64,000 nucleotides of DNA from Candidatus Obscuribacteraceae bacterium (GTDB taxonomy: Bacteria > Cyanobacteriota > Vampirovibrionia > Obscuribacterales > Obscuribacteraceae), in NCBI GenBank assembly GCA_044229845.1, contig JBGASG010000001.1, positions 512,001 through 576,000 on the forward strand, read 5' to 3'. Shown here one piece after another: positions 19,413 through 29,734 of the stretch. The notes beneath the pieces were generated by a model. That model searched no databases, was not told the DNA's origin, and saw only the letters and a list, made by a program, of their open reading frames with translations. Numbering within the stretch: position 1 is the stretch's first letter; each line of letters opens with the position of its first letter. Both the position numbers and the translations under genes were made by a program.

Positions 19413-20978
19413 GTGTTCTTTCCAATGCACTTCTGGCCTCAGCCGTCTGTCGAACCGATTCGCAAGATGCAATTCGCCGGCAGTTGGTATAGCGCTGACC
19501 CAGAAAGGTTGAAAGCGCAACTGGAAGAAATGCTCGAACGCGCTTCGCCGCTCGCAGACGAGCAAACCGCCAATAAGCTCACCACTGCCAACCAGCGTCT
19601 GGAGGAGCCGGTCACGGCTATCGTTGTGCCCCACGCAGGGTATGCGTTTTCCGGGCAAGCTGCCGCGCATGCGTATGGGTTGGTAGCCGATCGACAGGTA
19701 AAACGTGTCATTCTCCTCGGACCGAGTCACCATGTGGGATTCCACGGAGCTGCTCTGCCGGCAGCCTCTGCTTTTGCAACGCCACTGGGAGCCCTGACTG
19801 TTGATCGCGCTACCGTGGATGAACTTGTGACTTATCCGTTGTTCGCGGTATTACCTGAGGTGCACAAGGTAGAGCATTCCCTTGAATTGCAGTTGCCTTT
19901 CATCCGGCAAACGCTCGGAGACGTGCCGATTGTGCCGATCATCATTGGTCAGCTCAACGACGAGAGCGAGATGCGGCTGATTGCAGAGGTGCTGCGTGGT
20001 TTCATGCAAGACGGTGATCTTCTGGTCGTTAGCTCCGACTTCACGCATTACGGGCCGCGGTACGAGTATGAGCCCTACGACGGACCTATTCGTGCTGTGG
20101 TCCAGGAATTGGACAGATCTTCGTTTTCGCACCTTGCAAAACTCGATCTGGAAGGATTCGTACAGTTTCAACACGAAACCAAAGACACCATATGTGGTTT
20201 CTTCCCTTGTGCGGTGATGTGTGCGCTGATGCCCGCTGGAACACGTGTGACGGCGCTAAAGTACTACACTTCACAGGATTGCTTGAGTGAAGATAACTAC
20301 AACTCCGTGAGCTACATCGCGATCGCTCTTTCCGGGCAACAGTGGCCGGAAAAAGCTGATACCATCCCCGACGCTAAAGACGTGGTGCAACTTTCCGATG
20401 AGGAACGCAAAGCGTTACTGTGCCTAGCCAGAAAGACTTTAGAAATTCATTTGAATGAGAACCGCGTCGCCACGCCGGAAGAGGTCGGGATAGAAATCAC
20501 CGAACCCATGAAGCGCTGCTTCGGTGCCTTTGTGACTTTGTACAAGCCGACACACGGAGTGTCGAATATGGGGCACGGTGATAAAGATCTGCGAGGATGC
20601 ATCGGCAGCATGTGGCCTGTGGCGCCGCTCTGGCAGTCGGTGCAGGAAAATGCCATCGCCGCCGCGGTTCGTGATCCGCGTTTCCCGTCGCTCCATCGCA
20701 CTGAAATGAACGACGTCATAATTGAGGTGAACGTGTTAACGCCTCCTCGCCGCATTAAGTCGAAGGAGCAGATAGTCATCGGACGCGACGGTGTCATCTT
20801 CGCAAAGGCAGGGCACAGCTCAGTTTTCCTTCCGCATGTGATGACGGAATTCGGATGGACAGTCGACGAAACTCTTCGGCAACTGGCAATAAAAGCCGGA
20901 TTGCGGCCGGATGATGTGACAGGAGCTAAACTAGATATATTCCAGTCGGAAATCATCTCTGAGGATGAGAAGACGTGA
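19413..20978 (+). CDS. AmmeMemoRadiSam system protein B (MEMO1) fused to protein A (AMMECR1)
   Basis: AGSWY, PHAGY, GPSHH, EHSLE, SSDFTHYG, TICG (MEMO); GAFVT, LRGCIG, DPRF, FLP (AMMECR1). Confidence 0.92.
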   Translation: MFFPMHFWPQPSVEPIRKMQFAGSWYSADPERLKAQLEEMLERASPLADEQTANKLTTANQRLEEPVTAIVVPHAGYAFSGQAAAHAYGLVADRQVKRVILLGPSHHVGFHGAALPAASAFATPLGALTVDRATVDELVTYPLFAVLPEVHKVEHSLELQLPFIRQTLGDVPIVPIIIGQLNDESEMRLIAEVLRGFMQDGDLLVVSSDFTHYGPRYEYEPYDGPIRAVVQELDRSSFSHLAKLDLEGFVQFQHETKDTICGFFPCAVMCALMPAGTRVTALKYYTSQDCLSEDNYNSVSYIAIALSGQQWPEKADTIPDAKDVVQLSDEERKALLCLARKTLEIHLNENRVATPEEVGIEITEPMKRCFGAFVTLYKPTHGVSNMGHGDKDLRGCIGSMWPVAPLWQSVQENAIAAAVRDPRFPSLHRTEMNDVIIEVNVLTPPRRIKSKEQIVIGRDGVIFAKAGHSSVFLPHVMTEFGWTVDETLRQLAIKAGLRPDDVTGAKLDIFQSEIISEDEKT

Positions 20979-21847
20979 ACTCTAAGGCTGCCGCTCTGAT
21001 AGCGTTGTCTGTTGCATTCCTTGAGGTCTGTCCAGTCACCGCGCAGAGTCAGCAGCAGGTGAGCGGCGGCTCGAACGAATATGTTCAGAGTCCGCAGTTT
21101 AGTTATGGCGGCATGTATAGCAATGGCTCTGGCGGGCAGAGCAGCAGCGCCATGTCCCCGCCGGTGCCTGTGCAACAACAGCAAGTGCCGATGCAGCCTA
21201 TGCAGCATATGCAGCAATCCGGCGTGTTCAACAGCGGCATGCAGAGTGTGCGCGGTAACAGCAATTTCTTCCAAGCTAGCGGCGTGTTGCAGCAGCAGCA
21301 AATGCAGATGCAGCAGCAAATGCAGATGCAACAGCAAATGCAGATGCAGCAGCAGCGTCAAATGGCAATGCAGCGCCAGATGGAGATGCAAAAGCAGAAG
21401 CAATTGCAAATGCAGAAACAAGCGCAGCTGAAGAAACAGAAAGAGCAGCAGGCGGATGCCAATCCATTTAGCGGGCGCAACATCCTTAAGGCGTTGCTGG
21501 GGCAACCCACCGGACCAGTCGATCCCGCAAATGACAATTCCAACCTGGGCGCTGCACAGGCACAGTGTCAGGTAGCGAAGGATCAAGCCAGCCAGGCTGA
21601 AGGGGATGAGTCGCGCGCAAGTTATGGCGAAAAGGGGTCGCGCCAGAGTGCGGCTTACTCGGCTCACTGTCATGCCGATGCTGCCCGAGCTGCTGCCGAC
21701 AAAGCCTATTCGCTGTCTGCCGGAAAATCATCTGCCACCAAAGATGCCGCGGCGCAAGCCCGTGACGCAGCCAACCGTGCGCAAGCTGCAGCAGATCGAG
21801 CTTCTATAAAGCAAATCAGTAGAGTTGATCGCCTTCTTCGAAATTGA
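20975..21847 (+). CDS. Exported Gln/Met-rich hypothetical protein
   Basis: Signal peptide; QQQMQM repeats; Ala-rich C-terminus; start overlaps upstream stop. Confidence 0.6.
   Translation: MNSKAAALIALSVAFLEVCPVTAQSQQQVSGGSNEYVQSPQFSYGGMYSNGSGGQSSSAMSPPVPVQQQQVPMQPMQHMQQSGVFNSGMQSVRGNSNFFQASGVLQQQQMQMQQQMQMQQQMQMQQQRQMAMQRQMEMQKQKQLQMQKQAQLKKQKEQQADANPFSGRNILKALLGQPTGPVDPANDNSNLGAAQAQCQVAKDQASQAEGDESRASYGEKGSRQSAAYSAHCHADAARAAADKAYSLSAGKSSATKDAAAQARDAANRAQAAADRASIKQISRVDRLLRN
21293..21346 (+). repeat. 18-bp coding tandem repeat x3 (CARCAGCAAATGCAGATG = QQQMQM)
   Basis: Read directly from the sequence. Confidence 0.9.
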
Positions 21848-23381
21848 TGGGCAGTTCCGGCGGTGCCGTTTGCGCGAGCGCTGAGTTAGTTACAGCCGTG
21901 AGCGGGGTGGCAGCCGCAGGTTTACCGAGTAATCGGTCGGCCGCGCATCCGCAGTTTTTGACGATGACATTTTTGGTTTCCAACGCTGGTCCGACCTGCG
22001 TGAATGCATCGACTGGATTGCTTTTCAGGACATGTCCTTCGACAGCAGCTACCCTTTCTTGCACGATGTTATTGCGTTGCTCTGACACCCAGACAGCCCA
22101 GTCTTCAGGAGCCGAGTAGGTGGGAACCAGTGCTGGTGCCAGCCGCTGTTGATTGTACAGAGACAGGGCACTCTTCTCATCGCCGTGCAGCAAATAAGCT
22201 TTTGCCAGCGTCAGCACGTTTTGTGCGGATGGAACTTTGGCGACTTGCTTGTTGGCCAGATCAAGCAGACTTGATGAGGCCAGCTGATCCTCACCATTGA
22301 GTATCGAAGCCTGAGCGAGGTACTGTGCCGCTTGGGTAATCTTGTTCGACTTCAAGTTGAGCAGTCCGCGCCGCCGCCATGTGTCCCCGTTGTGTGGGTC
22401 GAGCCAGAGGCTGTGCTGGTAGGCATTTTCGGCTTCCGGCAAGCGATTGAGAGCTGTGTACATATTGCCTTCGCCTGCCAGCGCGAGTGCAGACGGCACC
22501 AGCTGCGCGGCTTGCTGATATTCCACGAGCGCTCCTATATACCGTCCGTGGTTGGCGAGGCACTCGGCGATGTGCATCCGATTGTCCGGATTGCTCGGTT
22601 CTACCCCTGATTTGCTATAGGCCTCTTTGAGAATTGATGCCGCGGCGGGATTAGTCGGATCCAGATACAGGGCTTCGCGTGCGCGCCTTGCGCCGCATTC
22701 GAAGTACCCGCAGCACATAAACTGGCGAGCCCGCATGATAGAGACTTGGACCAGCTCGTTCTTCACCGACGAGCACTCGGGATTGGCCGATAGAGCTTTG
22801 CGGAGGATGGAGGCTGCTTTATCGCCGTTTTCCTCGCTGACTGCCTGGCGCGCGGCGGCAATGGCTTCTTCGCAGGAGAGGTTGCGACCGACGGAAATCT
22901 CCGCGGGGATGGGCTTTTTGAACCGTGGCAATGGACTGCTTGGTCCCGCAGGCAGCTTTCCGGAAGGGAAGGTCGGCTTACGTCTTGCCGGTCGACGGCT
23001 GTATCCGGGTGTTCGCCGCGGTTTCATGCCGGGCGGTGGCTCTGCGCCCAGATTTCCTGACGGAAACTTGGGCATGGCACTGGGTGGACGCGGTTTTGGT
23101 TTGGGTTTGCGCACCGCTGCTTTGGGTTTGGCGGGTTGCCGGGACGGGGCAGCAGCTGACGGATCGCTGACGGTCTCTACGTCGTCGCACGTCGGACAGT
23201 TTGATTTTGGCACTGCCGGCGAGGCATTGATGTTGGCGGCGCGTTCGACTCGGATGCGGCGAATCAGGTTGGTTGGGACGTGATAACCCTGGATCTCCTG
23301 ATAATCGATGGCAGTGGCGACTGGGTTTGTAGAGACCAGCACCAGTGCAGCGGCTGAGAGCCGATTAAGCAGTTTCAGCAA
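21816..23381 (-). CDS. Exported TPR-repeat protein
   Basis: Signal peptide, Pro/Lys-rich linker, TPR-like helices (AENAYQHSLWLDPHN). Confidence 0.75.
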   Translation of the reverse strand: MLKLLNRLSAAALVLVSTNPVATAIDYQEIQGYHVPTNLIRRIRVERAANINASPAVPKSNCPTCDDVETVSDPSAAAPSRQPAKPKAAVRKPKPKPRPPSAMPKFPSGNLGAEPPPGMKPRRTPGYSRRPARRKPTFPSGKLPAGPSSPLPRFKKPIPAEISVGRNLSCEEAIAAARQAVSEENGDKAASILRKALSANPECSSVKNELVQVSIMRARQFMCCGYFECGARRAREALYLDPTNPAAASILKEAYSKSGVEPSNPDNRMHIAECLANHGRYIGALVEYQQAAQLVPSALALAGEGNMYTALNRLPEAENAYQHSLWLDPHNGDTWRRRGLLNLKSNKITQAAQYLAQASILNGEDQLASSSLLDLANKQVAKVPSAQNVLTLAKAYLLHGDEKSALSLYNQQRLAPALVPTYSAPEDWAVWVSEQRNNIVQERVAAVEGHVLKSNPVDAFTQVGPALETKNVIVKNCGCAADRLLGKPAAATPLTAVTNSALAQTAPPELPINFEEGDQLY

Positions 23382-23494
23382 GTAGGAATTTCTCCCGTCA
23401 ACGTCCCTTTAGATCCTAAGCAGGACTAGAAAATTGACCATCGTGAGATTCCCACTCAGAAGGTGATTCGTTACGTAACTACTAGTTTGCGGCG

Positions 23495-24025
23495 TCAGGC
23501 AATGTGGACGAGCAGGTAGGTTAGCCCGACCTGCAACGCAGCAAACAGAATGAAGATCGGTGTCACATCGCGGCGCTTGAAGCGCGCCAGTTCCGACTCT
23601 ATTGAGGGAATCAACTTGGCGCGTTCGTCTTCCGATAGAACCTTGGCTGGCAGTATCAAACGCGGATTGTTGCGGAACAAACCATAGCTGAAGGTTTCAT
23701 CGCCCGCGGTATCAGCCACTGCCAGACGAAGACCAGGCAGCGATAGTTTTTCGCACTGCGCATCCAGTGCTGCTTTCAATTCCGGATTGGTATCAGCCAA
23801 CTCCTCCAGGGCGATAAACCGGGCGCGCGCATACTTGCGCTCCGTCCAGTCTAGTATCAGCGGCAGTATCATGACAAAGAGCACGTTCCAGGACAGAGCC
23901 AGGAATAACCCTGCGTTCAGGTCCAGGTCGTGCTTATTGATCAGATATGCCATGGGCAGCGTCAAAATGATGCCCACAGCAAAAGTTGCTGCGCAGTAGG
24001 TTCGTAGCAAGGTCGCCGGTTTCAT
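23495..24025 (-). CDS. Hypothetical membrane protein
   Basis: Three hydrophobic segments; RBS-like AGGAG upstream. Confidence 0.65.
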   Translation of the reverse strand: MKPATLLRTYCAATFAVGIILTLPMAYLINKHDLDLNAGLFLALSWNVLFVMILPLILDWTERKYARARFIALEELADTNPELKAALDAQCEKLSLPGLRLAVADTAGDETFSYGLFRNNPRLILPAKVLSEDERAKLIPSIESELARFKRRDVTPIFILFAALQVGLTYLLVHIA

Positions 24026-24090
24026 GGAAGAGCTTTCTCCTGTCCTCTACTTTCCCTGGGACAGAAGCGGCAAAACCATTGGCATCCCTG

Positions 24091-24699
24091 CTATTTGAGA
24101 TGCTGAAGAATGTTGCGCGCCTTGTCATTCTGCATGAGCTTTTCCAGGGTGCCTGGCGGCAGGTCGTTGGTGATGCTCTTCAGTTTGTCGGCCAGCGAAC
24201 CGCTGCCTGCGCCAGGCGCGGCTGCCGGTCCTGCACTGGCGGTAGCCGCCGGTACGGGATCTGGTCCACCCTGTTGCGAACCAGCAGGTGGTGTCGGACG
24301 CTGAGTTTTGAGGTTTCTTCCACGCTGCAGCTGATCTGCAAGACTGCGCGTCAGAGATTCGATTCTGCCCTTAATCGCGTCAGCCTGCGCGCCTCCTTTT
24401 ACCTGTTCCTCAACTTTGTTGAACTCCGTAAGGTAGACAGAGGTGCCAATTCCGTGTTTTTTCGCCAGATCGATACGGCTCAAAAGCAGCTTGCGTTCTG
24501 CTTCCAGTGGACCCGGTACGACGCCACCCGGCTGGGCGGACAGAGTAGCCGGCGGCAAGGCGGGCTGCGCCGCCGCAGTGCCGTTTTCCATAGCGCTGCC
24601 CTCTCCGGGAGCACCAGGTGACTGAGCGCCTGCACTGCCGGCAGAGGCTACCAGGGCGCATATGGTCAGAAATGTGCGCACCCGACTGGTCGCAAACAT
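24091..24699 (-). CDS. Exported hypothetical protein
   Basis: GGAGGAGG RBS before ATG at 24699; signal peptide ending AGA. Confidence 0.65.
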   Translation of the reverse strand: MFATSRVRTFLTICALVASAGSAGAQSPGAPGEGSAMENGTAAAQPALPPATLSAQPGGVVPGPLEAERKLLLSRIDLAKKHGIGTSVYLTEFNKVEEQVKGGAQADAIKGRIESLTRSLADQLQRGRNLKTQRPTPPAGSQQGGPDPVPAATASAGPAAAPGAGSGSLADKLKSITNDLPPGTLEKLMQNDKARNILQHLK

Positions 24700-24818
24700 G
24701 CCGAACCTCCTCCGAACTGGGCAAGACAAATGCCTGCTTGGCATCTGACCTTCATTGTAGTACGTTTATAACTGCTTGAGTTGTGCCCGAAATCCGGGTA
24801 ATTTACTCGGAACTTACT

Positions 24819-25151
24819 ATGAATCGCCAATCTCTAGATGACTACACGCGCAAGGTAGCGCAGTATTTGCGCGAACGGGAAGCTGGACGTATCCGCGGAC
24901 AACGCGAACGACTGGCGGCACTCGACCTGGTATCCGACGAGGAATTGCTGCGCAAGTGGACATGGATGAGTGCCATAGGCGGGATTCTTGTAGCGTTTGT
25001 CGGCCTTCCTCTGGGGATTAACATCTTTCGGATATTTCTGCCGTACGAACTGGTACAAATTCTCTGGGCCGTGCATAAGGTAGCTATGGCCATTGTCATT
25101 GCAATGTTCTGCGTGGCTTTGTATTTCACGTTCAGGAGAAACGCGGCTTAA
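24819..25151 (+). CDS. Small two-TM membrane protein
   Basis: Two hydrophobic helices; stop overlaps the next start (TAATG). Confidence 0.6.
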   Translation: MNRQSLDDYTRKVAQYLREREAGRIRGQRERLAALDLVSDEELLRKWTWMSAIGGILVAFVGLPLGINIFRIFLPYELVQILWAVHKVAMAIVIAMFCVALYFTFRRNAA

Positions 25152-26542
25152 TGACTTCGCTGTTGGGAGAGGACAGGAAAATCACCGCCTCCGAAACTTC
25201 CGTCGAGTCTGTAATCAACCTGGTAGAAACCGAGAGAGTGCGTTTGGTGCGCTTCATCTTTTGCGACACCAGCGGCTTGATTCGCGGCAAAGCGGCCCAT
25301 GTCGATCACCTGCGCGAACGGCTGTCTGCCGGCATCGGGTTGGTGAAAGGCACCATGGCTCAGAACTTGCTCGATCAGTTGCAGAGTGATACCGGATATG
25401 GTGCGACGGGTGAAGTGCGACTGACTCCTGATTTGAATACATTTGTAGCGTTGCCCTATTCCGCTCAGTCGGCAGCGGTGATTTGCGATTTGCTGGAACT
25501 GGATCGCAAACCGTCATCGCTCTGCCCCCGCAGTGCACTGAAACGCCAGATCAAAAGAGCCGAAGAGCTTGGCATTCGCATCGAATGTGCTTTCGAACCG
25601 GAATTCACGCTCGGCAGGTTGAACGAAGAGGGAAAGTATGTGCCGATCGACGAGAGCAACTGCTTTTCTACCGACGGCATGAATCGCGCTGCGCAGTTTA
25701 TCAATCGCTTCATGAGCGCGTTGGAAAAACAGGGAGTGGAAATCGAGCTCTACCATCCGGAGCTCGGACATGGGCAGCATGAGCTGAGTGTACGCCACGT
25801 ACCGGCTTTGAGAGCCGCCGATCAGCAGATCATTTATCGAGAGACTTTGCGCGGCGTCGCCCTGGAGCATGGAATTCAAGCTTCGATGGCACCCAAGCCC
25901 ATGGGTTCGCAACAGCCGGGCAATGGCTGCCACCTGCACCTTTCTGCGTGGGAGATCGAAACCGGCAAGAACCTTTTTTTCAGTCCGCAAGGACTGAGCA
26001 CCGCCGGCGAACATTTTGTGGGTGGGCTGATTCAGCATCTGCCGGGACTGGTCGCACTGACCGCGCCGACCGTCAACTCTTATCGGCGCCTGCGTCCGCG
26101 CACCTGGTCCGGTGCCTACACCTGCTGGGGATATGAAAACCGCGAAGCCACTATTCGCGTGCCGTCTCAGTACTGGGGTATGGAAGAGGCGACTACCAAC
26201 ATCGAGATCAAGTGCGTCGACAGTTCCTGCAATCCCTATCTGGCGCTGACCGGCGTAATTGCGGCCGGGTTGGACGGATTGAGAACCAAGATAGCGCCAC
26301 CGCCGCCGGTGAGCGTTGAGCCGAGCACGCTCAGTTCGTCGCAGATGGGAAAACTGGGCGTCAAGCGTTTGCCGGCTACTCTCAAAGACGCAATTAAGCG
26401 GCTGGAGCGTGACCATGTCTTGACCGAGGCTCTCGGTGAAGACATGAGCATCGTGTTTGTGATCGTCAAACTTTCAGAAGTAGAGGCTTTTTCAAAAGCC
26501 AGTAGTGAAGAGGAAACCCGGGCCCATCGGTTTAAGTTTTGA
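25151..26542 (+). CDS. Glutamine synthetase-like (gamma-glutamyl ligase) protein
   Basis: EPEF, HPELGHGQHE, GNGCHLHLS, NSYRRL, WGYENRE, CNPYLAL. Confidence 0.9.
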   Translation: MTSLLGEDRKITASETSVESVINLVETERVRLVRFIFCDTSGLIRGKAAHVDHLRERLSAGIGLVKGTMAQNLLDQLQSDTGYGATGEVRLTPDLNTFVALPYSAQSAAVICDLLELDRKPSSLCPRSALKRQIKRAEELGIRIECAFEPEFTLGRLNEEGKYVPIDESNCFSTDGMNRAAQFINRFMSALEKQGVEIELYHPELGHGQHELSVRHVPALRAADQQIIYRETLRGVALEHGIQASMAPKPMGSQQPGNGCHLHLSAWEIETGKNLFFSPQGLSTAGEHFVGGLIQHLPGLVALTAPTVNSYRRLRPRTWSGAYTCWGYENREATIRVPSQYWGMEEATTNIEIKCVDSSCNPYLALTGVIAAGLDGLRTKIAPPPPVSVEPSTLSSSQMGKLGVKRLPATLKDAIKRLERDHVLTEALGEDMSIVFVIVKLSEVEAFSKASSEEETRAHRFKF

Positions 26543-26559
26543 GTGTGAGTCAACTTTGA

Positions 26560-27693
26560 TTGCGCATGCTTGATCTGTCCAAATACATTTTTATAGACAA
26601 CCACGCGCATTCGTTGCTCAAGGATCACCTGCAACTGGATGTAATCGGTGTGCGCGGCTGCTTCACCGAGAGCCGCTCGATGCATATTTTGGAGACGCAT
26701 GTTCCATACACGCTGCATTACATGCACATGCTCAATTGCATTCAGCGAGTGCTGGGTACCAACAGCGAAGACGACTTCATCAGTGTGCGCTCCCGCCAGC
26801 AGGACACCACCTACACCCGGATGTTGTTCGATGACATTTCACTGGGCGCGATTATCGTTGACGATGGCTTTCGACCGAAAGATATGGTGACGCCGGTTCA
26901 GTTTGCCACTTTGTCCCAGCGTCCCATTTTTCTTTGCCGGCGACTGGAGCCCATACTCGAGAGTTGCCTGGCCAAAGCGGGCAGCTTCAACGAGTTGGAG
27001 GAGATGTTTCAGCATGAGCTGTTGCGTTCCGATCCGGTGCCCCCGGTAGCTTTGAAGACCATCTGTGGTTATCGCGGTGGGCTGGATATAGAACTGGTGA
27101 AGAAACAGGCGGCTGCCAAAGACTTCGAACGCATCAAGAAGATCGCCGCGAAGCGGCGGATTACGCGCTGCGAACTGTATCACTACTTTGTGATGCAGTC
27201 TTTTGAATTGGCGGCTTATCACGACCTGCCGATGCAGGTGCATGCGGGCATCGGAGATGACGATGCAGACCTCAAGCAATGCAACCCATTGCTTATGCAA
27301 AATCTCTTCCGCATCTCGACTTTGCAGAAAACTAACTTTGTGCTGTTGCACTGCTATCCGTTTGTGCGCGAAGCCGCTTTCCTGTGCTCCCTCTATGCCA
27401 ACGTCTACATGGATCTGTCGCTGGCTTTGAATATCGTGTCAACCTCAGGACAGCAACTGATTTCGGAGGCGCTGGCGACGGCGCCGGCCAGCAAGATATT
27501 GGCTGGAACGGATGGACACACTTGTCCTGAGACGCACTGGTATGCCGCGCTATGCTGGAAGCGAGCACTGTCTTCGGTGCTCACGCAGCTGGTCGATGAC
27601 CGCATGCTGACTGTGCCACAGGTGCAGCAGATCGCCGGCATGATTCTGCACGAAAACGCCAATCGTCTCTACAAGCTGCAGAACACACCCTGA
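26560..27693 (+). CDS. Amidohydrolase_2 family protein (FluG/NodGS N-domain-like)
   Basis: IDNHAH, LKTICGYRGGL, QVHAGIGD, LLHCYPF, GTDGHTCPE. Confidence 0.85.
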   Translation: MRMLDLSKYIFIDNHAHSLLKDHLQLDVIGVRGCFTESRSMHILETHVPYTLHYMHMLNCIQRVLGTNSEDDFISVRSRQQDTTYTRMLFDDISLGAIIVDDGFRPKDMVTPVQFATLSQRPIFLCRRLEPILESCLAKAGSFNELEEMFQHELLRSDPVPPVALKTICGYRGGLDIELVKKQAAAKDFERIKKIAAKRRITRCELYHYFVMQSFELAAYHDLPMQVHAGIGDDDADLKQCNPLLMQNLFRISTLQKTNFVLLHCYPFVREAAFLCSLYANVYMDLSLALNIVSTSGQQLISEALATAPASKILAGTDGHTCPETHWYAALCWKRALSSVLTQLVDDRMLTVPQVQQIAGMILHENANRLYKLQNTP

Positions 27694-27719
27694 GCTATTG
27701 CTTGGCGATGGTGAAGACT

Positions 27720-28790
27720 TCATCCGGCACATTCTTCATGGCGGCTTCTTTTGGTGCTGAAGTACCGACCGTGTGCCGGTGTGGACATTTCTACGCATGC
27801 CGCCATTTCCATCAGCCTGGCATAAACATCGGGCCGTCTCTCCTTAAGGGTCTTGAGCTTGTCCAGGTTGCCCTGTCCGGAGAGAACGGAAGCGATGCTG
27901 AACGCCCGACCACCGTCCCAACAAAGTGCCGTTGCCGATGGTGGTGTCGCCGGCGCTTCCCTGGTCTTGATCGGACGAGTTGCGTTTGCCCATGATGAAA
28001 TCGATGTACAAGCGCTGCTCATCCAGCGCCGATACTGTCGAACTTAGTTTGAAGTCAGGCACAACAAAGTCAAGGGACAGGTTGACCCGAGAGAGCACCA
28101 GAGCCGCTTCTTCGGGGCGGGTGCCGTCACCGCGCAACCGCGAGAAGAAATCTTGTGTGCCGCCGAGCAGATCAGCGGCACCAAAGGAGGTGGGCAATAA
28201 ATCGTAGGAGGTGACACCAAATTTGGTGTTTTGCGGGTTGACGGTATGACCGCCGCCAAAGCGATCTGCTTGCACTAGCCCCGGCTCCATTCCGTTGCCG
28301 TTGATTTTGAGATTTGTCAGGTCATTCTTGGGATCGACTACCTGAAAGCCGAAACATCGATGCCACTGTATCCGGTGATCTTGTCCGATGTTTTCAAGAT
28401 CGGTGTTTCCAAATTCAGCAGTTGGTCTGAGTTGTGGATGTCTGTGGGCAGCTAGCTATTACGTCAGGCGAGAAGGCAAATCCAGCGGCGAGCTGGACCA
28501 ATCCGCCGGTGAAGTTGTTTTCGTCTCCCCAGGCGGTGGAGTTGAAAGTGTTGTTGGTGCCGGTCAGGTTGCCGTTAGCGTACATAGTGAGAATGCCACT
28601 CCCGGCAGTGCCACGTCTTCCAGCTTCAAGTTGCCGCTAGTCGGAGCGCCAGGGGCGAGAGCTGCCACATATATTGGGCTGTTGTCCGCGATGTCGATCA
28701 GTTTGCCGGCAAACATGGCAACAGCAATGTTCGCCGATAGGGTAATTCTGCCGATTTGCGACGTTAAAACGTTGCGTATTCCTACCACAC
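27720..28790 (-). pseudogene. Fragmented remnant of a Gly/Asn/Thr-rich secreted protein gene
   Basis: Successive short minus-strand ORFs in shifting frames (28564-28788, 27844-28290, 27720-28022) with protein-like composition. Confidence 0.4.
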
Positions 28791-28904
28791 GCGGCTTTTT
28801 GAAAATAGGCGGGCGAGATTGAGCTGGAAATGCTCCTGCTAAAATGGCTCAGCTCGTTCCTGGAATCCAGTAATCCCCAGTCCTTTCGACGTTTCGGGTG
28901 ATCT

Positions 28905-29723
28905 ATGAAAATTCTCGTCTCCCTGGTAGTGGTGCTCGCTCAGCTATTGGTTCTGGGCGTGAGCCCAGCGTTAGCGTTTCCTCCACCCAAAGACTGGAGC
29001 AACAATGAGTGGTATCAGTTCTTCGAAGCAGCGGTGACTACCGTGGTCGCCGAAGGCCCGGGACATGTCGCCAAAGAATTCGGTGGTGTCAGTGCCGCTC
29101 CCATGATGGATGTCTACTCGGCTCTCAGTGGAGTTGGTTCAGCGGTCAAACCCGGACTTGTCTTCTGGTTGCACAGGAAGGCTGAGGCCGCAGCTCTGGC
29201 GGGGGACGTTGAGCGTGGTCACAAGTATCAGGCTTACGAAACTGCTCTCGCCAATGAAGACAGTAGTCGACTGAAAGAGTTGCTCGCTGAGTACGAAAGA
29301 GCGAAGGCAAAATCCAAATCCGCCGTCAGCGGACAGCAGGCGCCCTGGCGCAGGATGGTCGGAACCTGGCGCACCCAGAGCGGCAACGTCATTCGCATAT
29401 ATTTTGGCGATCCGAACGAGTTGGTGGCTGCTTACGAATCAGTAAAGCCAGACTACGGCTACGCCATTAAGTCCGGCGATCTGTCATTTACTCACGGCTT
29501 TGCAGACGCACCCAATTCGATCAAATCAGACCGCGGACTTTGTTATGGTCTCAAAGGCGACGCCATCAAAGTGCACCAGAACTGCAAAGTGCGCATGACG
29601 ATATCGCCGGACTGTCAGTCGATCAGCGTAGTCCGGCAAGACTATCAGTACCCGGTCGGGGGTACCGAATGGCTACCTACTTTTGTGATGAACACCTACA
29701 CCTACACTCGCATTAGCGACTGA
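28905..29723 (+). CDS. Exported hypothetical protein
   Basis: Sec signal MKILVSLVVVLAQLLVLGVSPALA; beta-rich C-domain starting MVGTWR. Confidence 0.7.
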   Translation: MKILVSLVVVLAQLLVLGVSPALAFPPPKDWSNNEWYQFFEAAVTTVVAEGPGHVAKEFGGVSAAPMMDVYSALSGVGSAVKPGLVFWLHRKAEAAALAGDVERGHKYQAYETALANEDSSRLKELLAEYERAKAKSKSAVSGQQAPWRRMVGTWRTQSGNVIRIYFGDPNELVAAYESVKPDYGYAIKSGDLSFTHGFADAPNSIKSDRGLCYGLKGDAIKVHQNCKVRMTISPDCQSISVVRQDYQYPVGGTEWLPTFVMNTYTYTRISD

Positions 29724-29734
29724 GGCTCGGGCAC

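Noticed and set aside
20447..21673. 408-aa minus-strand ORF with LLLHLH repeats
   Set aside because: Reverse complement of the QQQMQM repeat gene and of the AMMECR1 domain
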